The notes under the pieces: model-generated
Seen by the model: only the letters and a program-made list of their open reading frames with translations
Database searches by the model: none
What the model was told of the DNA's origin: nothing
Shown here: piece after piece, positions 63,884-64,000 of the stretch
Numbering within the stretch: position 1 is the first letter of the stretch
Layout: each line of letters begins with the position of its first letter
Source: Podarcis melisellensis
Taxonomy: Eukaryota
NCBI GenBank assembly: GCA_964234715.1
Contig: OZ174283.1
Strand: one strand, 5' to 3'
Length of the DNA stretch: 64,000 nucleotides
Made by a program: the position numbers and the translations under genes

Positions 63884-64000
63884 TATATGTTCTCTGACCG
63901 AGCACAGTTCAGCCAACCCATGCGCAGATAGAAAATAGGCCTCAAAGTCCCACGTTGAGCTACTCTGAAAGTGCCAACAGATAGGGGATATTCAATGTAC

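Overview
Vertebrate non-coding genomic DNA with three assembly gaps. The repeat set (several Sauria SINE subfamilies, Squam2/Squam3-like SINEs, lizard-type CR1/L1/L2) points to a squamate, most likely a lacertid lizard (inference). I could not support any host protein-coding exon or functional RNA gene; the window reads as an intron or intergenic region. The only real protein-coding sequence is transposon-derived: a 5'-truncated Penelope/Poseidon-type element (RT thumb + GIY-YIG, 12361-14296) plus CR1, L1 and L2 fragments. Best second-look items: (1) the Penelope copy carries a near-perfect 445-bp inverted pseudo-LTR, each arm with a minimal hammerhead ribozyme, and the ORF stop codon lies in the ribozyme; (2) a second, unrelated hammerhead-bearing fold-back mini-element with a 12-bp TSD sits inside a CR1 endonuclease; (3) a hAT MITE sits in the loop of a perfect 42-bp fold-back palindrome; (4) a Sauria SINE has a 28-bp inverted copy of nearby flank at its 5' junction; (5) independent insertions hit the same motif or position of the same host MITE families; (6) a young GC-rich Tigger-like element is built from tandem palindromes. 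These are mostly instances of known mechanisms. I do not see a convincing wholly new biological system. Family names come from recognising sequences, not from a database search.
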